NCBI RefSeq assembly: GCF_018350175.1
Contig: NC_058382.1
Coordinates: forward strand, 57,600,001-57,664,000
Source of the DNA: Felis catus
Lineage: Eukaryota
Length of the DNA: 64,000 nucleotides
Reading direction: 5' to 3'
Positions 1-11,864 of the stretch are shown one piece after another. Every line of letters begins with the position of its first letter. Position 1 is the stretch's first letter. Under the pieces are notes generated by a model. It made no database searches and was not told where the DNA came from. It worked only from the letters and a program-made list of their open reading frames with translations. Both the position numbers and the translations under genes were made by a program.

Positions 1-134
1 GGGTGATTTGGTGGCACTGACATGTGGGAAGTTTCCTGTTGTTGTGGACGTTGGAGAGGCTGTCATTCCTTATCCCAAGAACTTATAATTGGGGTGGGAG
101 AGTGGGGATCTCTTCTTCCTCTTCTTGAAATGAT

Positions 135-230
135 TTGTTCAGCAAAGCTTTTTTGAGCGCCTACTGTATGCCAAGTACTGCATTGACTGCCGGCAACACG
201 CAGATGAATTTAACTTGGCTTCTGTTCATT
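135..230 (-). mobile_element. L2 3' end fragment
   Basis: ttcagcaaagcttttttgagcgcctactgtatgccaagtactg resembles the antisense L2 terminus. Confidence 0.55.
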
Positions 231-1544
231 AAAAAAAACCTTTATGGGGGCATAATTTATGTGCAGGGAATGTCACCCATTTGAAGTATACATGATGAGT
301 CTCAACAAATGTGCCCACTTATGTGATCACGTCAACAGTTAAGGTACTTTTCTACCCTTGCAGTGGCTCCCCAGACCTCCCCTCCCTGCAGCCTGTCCAC
401 ACTCACCCTTGGCCCCAGCAGAGGGAGCACTGCTCTTATGGTGTCCTGTTTGTTGGTGTTTTGCTTGTTTTCCCTTTTCTTCTCTGTTCTCTCTTTTTTG
501 TTGTGTGTTCTCTCTTCCTCCCTGCCTTGTGTCTCCCCACCAACCCTGTTCCTTCCTCCCTAGATTAGCAGCTAGGTGATGGTAATGAAAATGAAAATGG
601 TGGAATCTTGAACTTTTCTACTGGAGCTAAATTCACTCCCTAATAATTTATCAGCTTTCTTCCATGTGATAAAAATTCTAGATAGAAGTTATTGTGTAAT
701 GAGGGCTCTTTTATCTTGCTGTTTAGTATTAGTTTAGAGCAAAGTAAGTTAAAATTTAACTGCCATTGTGTAAAGTACCTAATGCAGATGTACGACTGGG
801 AAGTTGGTACGAAATGGATTTCTGTTAGATGAATCATATTTTCTAATTTTGGAAATAGATTTGGTGGGAACAAGTTTTAGCTCAGAATCTCCATGAAAGC
901 TCTGAAGGAACACCCAGCCAGCCGGTCACAGATCCTGCTTTGGAAGGTGCGCGGTGATCTTCTCATGGACTTTAGTAGTCATGTGAAACACACAAACGCT
1001 GTGAAACTGACACGATATTGCAGCATTTGGATGCTAGAATCCTAAGAAGAGGGCACCGCCCACGGGAGTGGCTTTGTAACAGTTTGTCCTTTTGTCCCCT
1101 TCTCGGGATCCCTCGGCCCCAAGAAGGTAAAGCAGGGTTCTGCTCCAGCCCAGTGCTTTGGGCAGCAGGCCCTTCTCTGCCTCCCTCTTTGTCTGCTTTT
1201 GCCCTCTGTAGCTCCCAGTGCAGCTTGCAGTCCACTTGTGCTGTGACAGAACTGTAAATGTGGTGCTGTCCTGAACCCTGTGTCTGCCTTACTCAGTGTA
1301 TTCTGACCCGACACAGCTCTGTGTAGATGGTTGGTGCTCAGCGCATATGGTTAAGTCAGCAAAATTCCCGTTGCGCCTCGACTGCCTGAGCAGTGTCCTC
1401 TCTGCACACCACTTTGTAGAGTTGAAAGTGTGCTGTGACTGTTCGGTAGCTGTCGCTGAGCATCTGTCACCTAGCAGGCCTGATCAGTGTAGTTTAGTGA
1501 AGAAATTAGACTTTTTTAGGCGGGCACTGACGTTCTTTTTTACT

Positions 1545-1880
1545 TTGTTCAGATCTAATTCACATCCCATAGAATTCACCCATTTCAATACGAGTACATT
1601 TCGGTGGTTTTTGGTGTGTTCCTGGAGCTGTGCAACCATCAGCACAGCCCATGTCAGAGCATTTCGCCACTCCAGAAGGAAACCCCGGATGCATTAGCAG
1701 CGACTTCTCATTTCCCGTTCCCCTGAACCCTTGGCGATCACAGTCTGCTTTCTGTCTCTAGAGATTTGCCTCTTCTAGACATTTCACAGGAGTGGAATCA
1801 TACAGCACGTGGCCCTTCGTGCCTGACTTTTACTCAGCATGGTTTTCAGGGTTCATCCATGTGGTCGCATGGATTAGCCT
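1545..1880 (-). mobile_element. Old L1 (L1MB/ME-like) 3' UTR fragment
   Basis: aattcacatcccatagaattcacccattt...gtgcaaccatc...ggaatcatacag...ttcatccatgt, typical antisense L1 3' motifs. Confidence 0.7.
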
Positions 1881-2787
1881 GGGGACATTTCCACACCCCT
1901 GCTGCTTTGTCCTTGTTAGATCCAGGAGATGCCTTCGGAGCTGGCAGAATGCTCCCAGTTGCCCAGTCCAGCACCCCCTCACGTCCACTAGAGAGGAAGT
2001 TCAGACTTCGTCACTCTCGAAACGAACGAGTTTGTTAGTCCTTCGTCTTTCCTCCTCTCTCCCAAATTCAGCCTTGCTGGGTTGGATGCTGAGGGAGGAG
2101 AAGACGTCGTGTCTCTCAGCCTCTTGGTAGCTGTGCCTGGTTCTGTCCTCTCACCCGGCGAGGCTTGGCTTGATGCCCGTCAGCTGGCGGTGGTTCTGGG
2201 AGCTGGCTCACCGGTGTGTCACTGCCTTGGGAAACCGAGTACCGTGCACACGCGGCAGGGTGCTCATCGATCGCTGCCTCGTAGCTTTATTTTTTCTCTC
2301 AGAGGCTGATCTTCTATTTCCGCGCGTCCTTCTGAAGGCAGAACGTTGCTTTGGTGGCACCCTCTGTTTGTATTCGTGCTTTTAGAGATGAGATTTTGAA
2401 AGTGGGACTGAAGGCGCAGCACGCGGTGCTCCAGCGCCCCCTAGCGCCGCGCTGGGGTGGGAGTCCCCGTGCCTCCGGTGTGTGGCTTCCCGCGGTCTGT
2501 GCAGGACGCGGACGCGGTGCAGGCGATGGCCAGCATCTTTCCTTCTCACCTTCCTGGGGTGACATCGCGTCTTTGTTTTTTCCTTTAGTGTGAACGTGGT
2601 GTTTCCAGGTTTGCCTAGCCCCTTCTTCAGCGTTCTCAGAGCCAGGCCCTCCCTGCAGGGGCCAGATCGGGTCTCCAGAAGGTGAAACCCAGAGCAGCTG
2701 TGCCCAGGGGCTGTGCTTCAGCCTGGGGGCGGGTTTCCGTCCTGTGTTGTGGGTTTGCCCTGTTTTCCGGAAGCACTTTCTACGTCT

Positions 2788-2822
<35 letters not shown>
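2788..2822. repeat. (TTG)11 microsatellite
   Basis: Direct reading. Confidence 0.95.
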
Positions 2823-3502
2823 ATCATGTCCTTTCTAGAAAGGATCAGAAAATAATCAAATGTGAACAGTGGGAGTTCTGAAAGCCTGAGCTGGAATTAG
2901 TTGGAAATGAGGAGAAGTCAGCTGTGTCCCCGGTCGTGGGCGAGAGCCTCTGCACCTCACAGGCTTGCTTCCTGGAGAAGGGGCTTGGGGAGCCCAGAAG
3001 CCCGTGGGGCATGCCCCTGACCGCGGGCCTTTCCCGTGGGCATCATGGCAGCTGGGAAGGGAGCCTTCGATGGTTGCTTTCCTGTTCCTTCTCGTGACTC
3101 CATTATTCATCCACCTCAGGTGGGGGTTGCTGAAAACCTAGACGGAGTTTCCAGCTTTGCTTTACAGAGTCTGCTACAGCTGTTGAGAGAGTAAAATTAT
3201 TAATGGCAATGTAAACATTTCTGTAGTGCAGGTGGGCCAACAGAGGGCCTTCAGGCACCTTCTTTTGTTCTGTCCTCACTGAACCCATTGACTGAGCATC
3301 TGTCTGTGCTGGGCCCAGTGCCCGGCTTTGGAAATGCAAGAAAGAATGCACTTACTCCTACTGTTTCTTCTTCATGCAGACTCAGTTGTCCTGTCGTATC
3401 TTTTTCTGCTCTTTCTTACAGGACAGAACTCATTCATGCGGCCGGTGGCTTTTTCTTCCCCAATAAATTACAAATCCTGTGAAATCAGGCAGAGTCATGT
3501 TT

Positions 3503-3734
3503 CTTTTTTATTATTTTTTTTAATCTTGATTTTTGAGAGAGAGAGAAAGAGACAGAGAGAGACAGAGTGTGAACCGGGGAGGAATAGAGGGAGAGGGAGA
3601 CACAGAATCCGAAGCAGGCTCCAGGCTCTGAGCTGTCAGCACAGAGCCCGATGTGGGGCTCGAACTCATGAACCGCAAGTTCATGACCTCAGCCGATGTC
3701 GGATGCTCAACTGCCTGAACCACCCAGGAGCTCC
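3503..3734 (-). mobile_element. SINEC (carnivore tRNA-derived SINE)
   Basis: T-rich tail, (AG)n, gaatccgaagcaggctccaggctctgagctgtcagcacagagcc, ending cacccaggagctcc. Confidence 0.93.
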
Positions 3735-4008
3735 GTATTTACCTTTTTTTTTTTAACCCAGACTCCTACAATATTTTTTCCCTAAAAAGACTTTAGAATG
3801 TATTTATTAATACTTCTCCAGAGGAAGGAGAATGTTTCATACTCACATAAAGAGAGGGGTTAAAGGTTAGTCTCACAAATGAGTGTTTTCAGCTTTGACT
3901 TTTAAGTTAAATCTCTTTATTTGGGAATAATTTCAGATTTACAGAAGTTGCAAAAATAAGAACGGTACAAAGAACCCCCATTTACTCCTTTACCCAGATC
4001 GACCCTTT

Positions 4009-4190
4009 GGGGGCGCCTGGGTGGCTCATCACTTGAGCATTAACCCTTGATTTCGACTCAGGTCATGATCCCAGGGTCATGGGATTGAGCCCTATGCAGA
4101 GCCTGCTTAAGATTCTGTCTCCCTCTGCCCCCCCCCCCCCCCCCCGCCGTCTCTGTCTTTCTCTCTCTCTCACTTAAAAAAAAAATAAAA
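4009..4190 (+). mobile_element. Older SINEC inserted in an L1 fragment (about 3910-4650)
   Basis: ggggcgcctgggtggctca head, caggtcatgatcccagggtc, C-run/CT tract, A tail. Confidence 0.88.
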
Positions 4191-6583
4191 GCTTTAACCC
4201 CCTTTGCATAGTCATTTATGTGTGTGCCTGAGTTCTCTCTCCACAGACATATTCCCAAACTCACTCACTTAACACGTGCGTGTGCAGATACACGTTTTGT
4301 CATCCACCCTCTGAGATTTGAGAGATTACACACGCCATGATCTTTTACCTTGCATATGCCTGAAGGTATTTCCTAAGAATGGGAATATTCTCTTACATAA
4401 CCACAGCTGGACAGTTCCCGCGTTCATAAATTTACATTGAGACCGTACTTTCTATAACCTGCCGTCCGTATTCTAATTTTGTCAGTTGACCTAAGAATCT
4501 CCTTTAGAGCGTCTCCCGTCTGGGACAGGATCCAGTCTGGGGCCGGGTGTTACCTTTAGTTGGCGGGTGTCTGTAGCTTCTGTAATCTGGGGCTTTTCTA
4601 CAGCCTTCGCAACACTGAATTTTTGAAGAACGTAGTCCCGCCCCTCTATTTTGGTCACGTTCTTCATTTTGCCAAACACCTGAAATATTTTGTGATGGAA
4701 AATTAAGAAGGCTTTTGGAGAAGGAGATGGTAGAACCTGAACACTTAATGGCAGTTTGGTTCCCCTCCTCAGTGTCCCCACACTGTTGCCTGAGCCCTTA
4801 GGTATAATTTTAGTTCAATAATTTTGTCAGTAAAATGCAGGGCCGTGTGATTTATGTCCACTCACCGGGGTTTGAGTAAACACTTGGCCTTTGCTTTTGT
4901 AGTTTTTTATCAGGACATTAAAAAATTACCTTTTTTGCTCCTAATAAATTTATTTAAGCTAAATTTTATTTTATAAGCAACACTCTTATTTGCCTTTTTG
5001 GAACAATGTGGATAATAAAATGCTTATTCGTGGTAATGCTTCCTGTAGTCAGTTTTGGATGATACAGTTGATTTTGTTAAATCCTGAAATGATGTCACAG
5101 CCTCAGAGTTTATGTAGGGTATTTTCTTACATCCTTCCAAATGATTGTTTGCGTGGTTCCCAAAGAGGGTTCCCAAAGAGGCGGTAGTTAGTTATTTTGC
5201 CTAGAAAGGAGTTGTCCTTTTTCGTGCATGCACCGTGAAGGTGGGCAATTGCCTTTATTAAGCCTTCCCTTGCCTGACACCTCAGGGGCTTGACCTTGGC
5301 CGCCCTGTGAGAATGAATCCCCCAACTCTCAGGCCTTCCTACATCTGCGGTTACTTCCTTATATTTGGATTTCTGGTTAAATATAAGCCGTGTGTGTACA
5401 GACACATAGGAAGAAGACTCAGGCGGTTTATCTGCCATGAACATATGGGGAATACTCATTCTGTAGGAAGTAGAAATCCTAACCAGACTCCTCGGGGTGG
5501 TGAGCACCTTGTAGAAACGCTCACTCTTCTTGGTGCCGGCCTCTTAGCAATCCCTCCGTCATCTCAGTCACAGATTGAAACGACTGTTTCTTGTATTAGT
5601 GGGGTGTAACTGCTCGTGTTCGGAAACTCATGCGTTTGAAAGATTGAAGATCGGTCTGGCCTGATTGTGGCAAGAGGAGCGAGTGGACCGAGTTGTTTTC
5701 GGATACCCGTGTGCCAGTGTTGAGGGAATCACGTTGGAGTTGACCGCAGCTCCCGCTAGCCGTCTGTTGAGCGGTAAGTGATACTTTGGCGTTGTGTAGT
5801 TGATAGTTAGCAGTTGCTTAGGATGGCTTTTTTGGATTAAGCGTTTCATCAAGTCCTAATCTGTTGTCATTGAGACCTTGAGAGGAGCACAGGGCTGGTA
5901 ACTGTTGTGCAGAGTGTGTGTCTTTGAGTAGTTGGGCAGTGATTTCGGTTGTTTGCGTTGACTTTTTGCGAGTAACTTTTTAAGTAAATTAGGTATTCCT
6001 ATGGTTCAGAACTAAGAATTCTGGCAAGAGACCTGCTAGGAATCTGGTGCCACTGTCCTCCCTCCGGCTTTTCTTCCTTTTTGTGCCCAAAGAGCGTTTT
6101 CTTCATTTAACAGTATCCTGGAGACTCCTCCCCACCTGCACATCAAGCTTTTCCTCATTTTTCCCATTAGTCTCGTGATGAGATTGAAGGCACGTATCCT
6201 TGGAGAAACTATGGGCATGAAATGGTAATAAAAACGCCTTTAAAATCTGTAGGAAGGGTTTTCAGATCATACTTTAAAAATAAAGAAAGCAGCAAAAGTG
6301 GTGAAATTGAAAGTGACACAAGAGGGAAGCTTTCCTTGGCATCTTTCTGAGCATCGCCTGGTTGGGGGTGAGGCTTCTTCCAGCCCCCGGCTGTGGGGAT
6401 GTGGCACCTGCAGGTGCCACCAGGAATTACGTGCCCGCCCCCCCCCCCCCTTATTGACACGATATTATGGAATCATCTGGAGATTTAGTTCTCCTGCTGC
6501 ACTACCCGTATCTCTCTTGTGAACACCTCACATCGTATGTGAATGACAATAAGAATGGGTGCTTAGAAAGTGTGACTCAGAGG

Positions 6584-6743
6584 TTTTTCCTTTTTAAGTT
6601 TCTTTATGGTGAGAGAGAGCGCCCGAGAGGCAGGGTGGGCAGAGGGAGGAATCCCAAGCAAGCTCTGCGCTGTCAGCGCAAGGCCCGATGCGGGGCTTGG
6701 TCCCACACACCATGAGATCGTGACTGAGCCAGGCAGGTGCCCC
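6584..6743 (-). mobile_element. SINEC with internal deletion
   Basis: gaatcccaagcaagctctgcgctgtcagc...catgagatcgtgactgagccaggcaggtgcccc. Confidence 0.85.
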
Positions 6744-6851
6744 TGTACCGACCGACTCATTTTTAAAAGTAATTCTCTTCATTTTTGTCCTCACATGTCC
6801 TGTGAATATTTGTTGTCCATTCCTTGTATGGGGACTGAAGTCATTAGTGTT

Positions 6852-7064
6852 GTTTTTTTAAATGTTTTTCAGAGGGAGAGAGAGAGTGAGAGAGCGCGCG
6901 CGAGCACAAGCTGGGGAGGGGCAGAGAGAGAGGGAGACACAGAATCCGAAGCAGGCTTCAGGCTCCCGGCACAGAGCCCGACACGGTGCTTGAACTCATG
7001 AATCGTAAGATCATGAGCCGAGCTGAAGTCAGACGCTCGACCCACTGAGCCACCCAGGTGCCCC
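6852..7064 (-). mobile_element. SINEC with 16-bp target-site duplication
   Basis: tgaagtcattagtgtt at 6836-6851 and 7065-7080. Confidence 0.95.
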
Positions 7065-7139
7065 TGAAGTCATTAGTGTTTTAGTGGGTTGTGCGTTTCC
7101 TTGGCAATTAGGAGGGTTACTGTTTTTCCAACAGGCTTC

Positions 7140-7900
7140 CGCTGCGAATATTTCATCACTCCCAAAAGTTCCCTTGTGCTTCTTTGTAATCAGTCCTTCC
7201 CCAGCCCTTGACACAGCCACTGAGCTGTTTTCTCTCCTTACAGTTTTGCCCTAGAATGTTACACAAGTGTAATCATACCACATGTAGCTTTTTAAGTCAG
7301 ACTTCTTTCACTTATCATGATGCTTTTGAGGGCCATTGAGTAGTGTTTCATTTTATAGACGTACCATGTTCGCCTCTTGATGGACGTTTGGGTTGTTCCC
7401 AGTTTTTAAAAAAAAATTTTTTTTTAATGTTTATTTACTATTGAGAGACAGAGAGACACAGAGCGTGAGCAGGGGAGGGGTAGAGAGAGGGGGAGACACA
7501 GAATCTGAAGCAGGCTCCAGGCTCCGAGCTGTCAGCACAGAACCCGATGCGGGGCTCAAACTCACAAACTGTGAGATCATGACCTGAGTCGGTCACTCAA
7601 CCAACTGAGCCACCCAGGCGCCCCTGGGTTGTTTCCAGTTTTGAATAGGGCTGCTATAAACATCAGCCTACAGGGTTTTGTTTTTTGTTTTTTGTTTTTG
7701 TGGACATAGGTTTCCATTTCTCTTGGGTGAGTGAGGAGGCATGGGATTGCTGGGTCTGATGGTAAGTAATTTTATAAGAAACTGCCTGGCTCTTTTCCAG
7801 AGTGGCTGTGCCATTCTGCATTTGTGTCGGCCATGTAGAAAGTCCCAGTCGTTCCAAATCCTTGTCAGCATTTGGTATTGTTGGAAATATTTTCTCTTAG
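7140..7900 (-). mobile_element. Old L1 3' fragment interrupted by a SINEC
   Basis: tggacgtttgggttgtt, gctgctataaacat, gattgctgggtc, ttttccagagtggctgtgccattctgcat are classic antisense L1 3' motifs. Confidence 0.75.
7406..7624 (-). mobile_element. SINEC with near-perfect TSD
   Basis: tgggttgttcccagtttt / tgggttgtttccagtttt flanks. Confidence 0.94.
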
Positions 7901-8540
7901 TTTGGCTTGTCTTTTCATTCCCTCCTGAGCACATTTTGAGGTTTATTTATATCTAGACTCTACGATCTCTGTCTGTAGTGGGAATACCAGCCAGCGCTGT
8001 CATTTCGTTGCACCCTGCTTCCCCTCCCCACCGTTTCTCCCGCTTCCTTTCCACTGAAAGATACCTTTCCCTTCCATTGCGTGGTATTACACCAGACTGA
8101 AATTAATACAGGCTTTTCCTCAGTGCGGGAAATGATGATAAGGTCTAAGTTCAGAATGAAAGTATCGCAGGTGATTATTTTTAAATTGTTTCGAGACTGC
8201 TTATTTTCACCATTAGCATCAACACACAATTTCTTTGTGGATTTTTGCAAGTATATGGAAGTATTGTGTGAAGCTGTTCTTTTTTTTTTATATATATTTA
8301 CAGTTTTGGTAGCTATTGCCAGAGAGCCCTCCAAAAATATTTTCCTGAAAAGTATTGGTGCATTCTTACTGACAGGCTGTGAGAGTTAATTGGCATTTAT
8401 CTACATTTACAATAAGACTGGGCATTATCCACATCTATAATATGTAGTTACTGGTTACATTTGATTACATGCTTGTAAATTTCCCTGTAGGTTATTGAGC
8501 TCCATTAGAGCAGAGGAGCCCTAACTCTGCTTACCATTTT

Positions 8541-8773
8541 CTTTTTTTTCCCTTTATTTTAGAGAGTGTGAGAGCACAAGCAGTGGGGAGGGGCGGGGGG
8601 GGGGGGGGAGAGAGAGAGGGAGAGGGAGGGAGGGAGGGAGGGAGGGAGAATCTCAGGCAGGGCTCCATACTCAGTGTGGAGCCCAGGTAGGGCTCAATCC
8701 CACCACCCTGGGATCGTGATCCAAGGCGAAGTCAAGAGTTGGACGCTCAACTGACTGAACCACCCGGGTGCCC
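8541..8773 (-). mobile_element. Older SINEC inserted in an L2 fragment
   Basis: TSD ctctgcttaccatttt at 8525-8540 and 8774-8789. Confidence 0.9.
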
Positions 8774-9076
8774 CTCTGCTTACCATTTTTATCCCCAGCA
8801 ACCGATCATCGTGCTTGGCAGTTAGTAGGCTCTAAATAATTGTTGATTATATGAATGAATAATTCAGTGAGTGTTCTCTGTTGTAGAAATCTGGTCATAC
8901 TGATTCTTTTCAGTGACTTATTTTTAGAAGGTTCGGGGAGAATATGAACTGCTAGGTACTTGCCAAACTTGCTTCCGTGCAGGTAAACCAGTTGTTTTTT
9001 CAGAAAGTCACATTCAGAATTCTGTGAAGCAGGAGTTCACAAGTAGGCTTGTATCTGTTCAATAATATGTTTATGT

Positions 9077-9310
9077 GGGGGAACCTGGGTGGCTTAGTTG
9101 GTGAAGTGTCTGCGTCTTGCTTTCGGCTCAGGTCATGATCTCGTGGTTTTGTGAGTTTGGACCCTGGTCGCGCTCTGCCCTGGTAGCTTGGAGCCTGCTT
9201 GGGATTCTCTCCCCCTCTGTCTCTGCCCCTCCCCCACTCTCACCGTCTCTGTTTCTCAGATAGATGAATAAATTTACAATAATAAAAATAATATAAAAAA
9301 TTAAAAAATA
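9077..9310 (+). mobile_element. SINEC
   Basis: ggggaacctgggtggcttag head, ctcaggtcatgatctc, CT tract, A-rich tail. Confidence 0.9.
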
Positions 9311-9314
9311 CTTT

Positions 9315-9575
9315 GGGGCACCTGGGTGGCTGGCTCATTCAGTTAAGCATCCAACTTCGGCTCAGGTCATGATCTCACAGTTTGTAAGGAGTTCGAGGCC
9401 CGTGTTGGGCTCTATGCTGACAGCCCAGAGCCTGGAGCCTGCTTTGGACTCTGTCTCCCTCTGTCTTTGCCCCTCCCCCACTCGTGAGCACGCATGCTCG
9501 CTCTCGCTCGCTCGCTCTTGCTCGCTCGCTCTCTCGCTCTCTCACAGAAGCAATAAATGAATAAACTTTAAAAAA
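9315..9575 (+). mobile_element. SINEC inserted at the A-tail of the preceding copy; internal (CTCG)n
   Basis: ggggcacctgggtggct head; flanks aaaaaatacttt / aaaaaatacgttt. Confidence 0.9.
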
Positions 9576-10105
9576 TACGTTTGTCTGTGCATCATATTTA
9601 AATGAAACTTCAGGATAAAAAAAATCACATATATATCTTAAATATCATTCATCAGGATCATTAGCATTTTTCTTGTTTTGGATTTCCCTGTCTTGCCTTT
9701 TGAACCACGTTTTCTGCTTTTCATTAGTATGTGCGGCGGAGAGGGCTGAAATGGAGATAGTGACATGAGTCGACAGACAGGTAAACGGAACACCTGGAAG
9801 GGTTTGTGATCCCGAAGGTTTTCCTTCAGGATAAGTGTGGTGCACACAGTTGACCTGTTTCAGAATAGGCTTTATCAATTTCAGAGTGTTCTTTGACAGT
9901 TGGCGGAAACGGCTAAGCATTTTCTTGTTTGTGATCGGAAAATCACACCTCGGAATCTTTTCTGCCGACCCTTGATCGGTTTAATTGAGAAAGGGTCTTG
10001 GGTGTTCTGGCCTACGTATTTCATAGGATTGGTATAGTCTGTAGCATCTTGCCTGAAAATATAAATTGTATATTTTATGTGATCGGTGGCTTTTTTTTTT
10101 TCCAG

Positions 10106-10174
10106 TATATTTTTGGAGACTTTAGCCCTGATGAATTCAATCAGTTCTTTGTGACTCCTCGCTCTTCAGTTGAG
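10106..10174 (+). CDS. USP10: USP10 exon 2 ([23 protein letters not shown]); G3BP-binding FGDF motif at 10112-10123
   Basis: T-rich tract then ccag| acceptor; GAG|gtaaga donor; 69 nt, phase 0-0; translation matches USP10 residues 8-30 as recalled. Confidence 0.97.
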
Positions 10175-10566
10175 GTAAGACGAAACAGTGTTTTGTTTGA
10201 ATATGTGTATAGATATAACTAATGGTTACGTTTTAGTTTTGAGTTTTTAATTTTGCCTGTTGATAAGGAAATCCAACGTACAGAAAAGCGCAGAGACTAA
10301 TACAAGAAATGCCCAAACTCACCGAGCGGATTTGACTCCTGTTAACATTTTGCTGTATTTATTAAACAGCAAAACGTCACAGATACCGTCGTGGCCTCCC
10401 TTGTACCCGTTCCCACCTCCTGCCTTCCCTCCCCAGAAGTAACAACTCTGCCGGATTGGTATTGTTTTCGGACTGTCGTCTTCACCTTTCACTACATACG
10501 TGGTTGTCAACAGATTGTCGCACCATATTGTTTCCTGTGGTTTAAATGGTAAACCGAGTCATACTG

Positions 10567-10891
10567 CGGTTGGCTCTTGAACGGCACGGGGATTGGGAGT
10601 GCCGACCCCAGCGCAGTTGCAAATCCGCAATAACTTTTGATTCCTCGCAACTTAACTACCTGTTGTTGACCGGAAGCCTTACCGATGACAATGGTAACAG
10701 TTGATTACCACATTTTGGGTTTTATAAGTATTATATACTGTATTCTCAGAACCAAGTAAGCTAGAGAAAAGGAAAGGTTAAAATAATAAGGAAGACAAAA
10801 TACATTTACAGTACTGTTCTGTGTTTTTGGAAAAAAATCCGCCTGACGTGGGCCTGCACGGTTCACACCCGTGTTGTCCAAGGGTCAGCTG
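10567..10891 (-). mobile_element. Tigger2-type (MER28/Tigger2a-like) non-autonomous DNA transposon nested in old L1 sequence
   Basis: Degenerate terminal inverted repeats cggttggctcttgaac ... gtccaagggtcagctg followed by TA, resembling the Tigger2 TIR CAGTTGACCCTTGAAC. Confidence 0.8.
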
Positions 10892-11564
10892 TAGATTCAT
10901 CCTTTTGTAGTTTGTTTCTTTGAAGGTAACATTCTTTACATTCATGCTCTGATGAATGTACGTTCATGTTCTACATTCATGTTCTTTGATTTCAATTTCT
11001 CGATACCGTCAGTAGAACGTACCACAGCTCGTTTGCCTTGTTTCCTGTTGAGGACCGTTTAGATCTTTGGTTCCTACGCTACTACAGAAACGTTGCGGTA
11101 AACATATTTTACTGTGTGTCCTCATGCTCTGTGGGTTTCTCCAAGGTCTGCTCCTAGGGGTGGGATTGCTGGGGCCACCAGGAGTAAGTGTTTAGTTTTA
11201 CTGGCTACTCTGCTCATCTGCTTTCTGAGGGTTTCACCGTCTGCATGGCCACCAGCTGTGCGTGAGCGCTGTCACCATCTCAGTTAAAGAAAAGTTCGCT
11301 TATTCTCACTACAGGTGTGCTCAAAACTTTTGTGAATCTGCCGGGCTGGTTATGAATGGGTTCTCACTGTTTTAATTTACAATATTCCCAGGGTGCAAAG
11401 TTGAGAACCGCTTCATTACTTTCGTATGCCCAGCCCTTCTGTGAATTACCTGTCTCCCTTGTCCGCATTTTTTATTAAGTGGCTTGTCTTTTTCTTATTG
11501 CTTACAGGACTCATAGTCTTTGGTTTTGCATATTACAAGTATCTTTTCCTGGCACGAGGGCTTT

Positions 11565-11766
11565 AAAAAATTTGTGTGTGTGTGTGTCTTTATTTTGAGA
11601 GACAGAGTGTGAGTGAGGGGAAGGGCAGAGAGAGGGGGCAACCCAGAATCTGAAGCAGGCTCTGAGCTGTCAGCACAGAGCCAGACGCGGGGCTCGAACT
11701 CACAGACTGAAATCATGACCTGAGCTGAAGCCGGACATGTAACTGAGTGAGCCATCCAGGTGCCCC
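11565..11766 (-). mobile_element. SINEC
   Basis: Flanks gcacgagggcttt / gcacgggggcttt; core SINEC motifs. Confidence 0.92.
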
Positions 11767-11814
11767 TAGCACGGGGGCTTTTTAAAAACTTCATGTGAGA
11801 TGCACATTTCTTTT

Positions 11815-11864
<50 letters not shown>
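11815..11864. repeat. (CTTG)n tetranucleotide microsatellite, about 12 units
   Basis: Direct reading. Confidence 0.95.

Noticed and set aside
1..10105. USP10 exon 1 or promoter
   Set aside because: I found no MALHSPQ-like exon or promoter-scale CpG island here; the region reads as intron 1.
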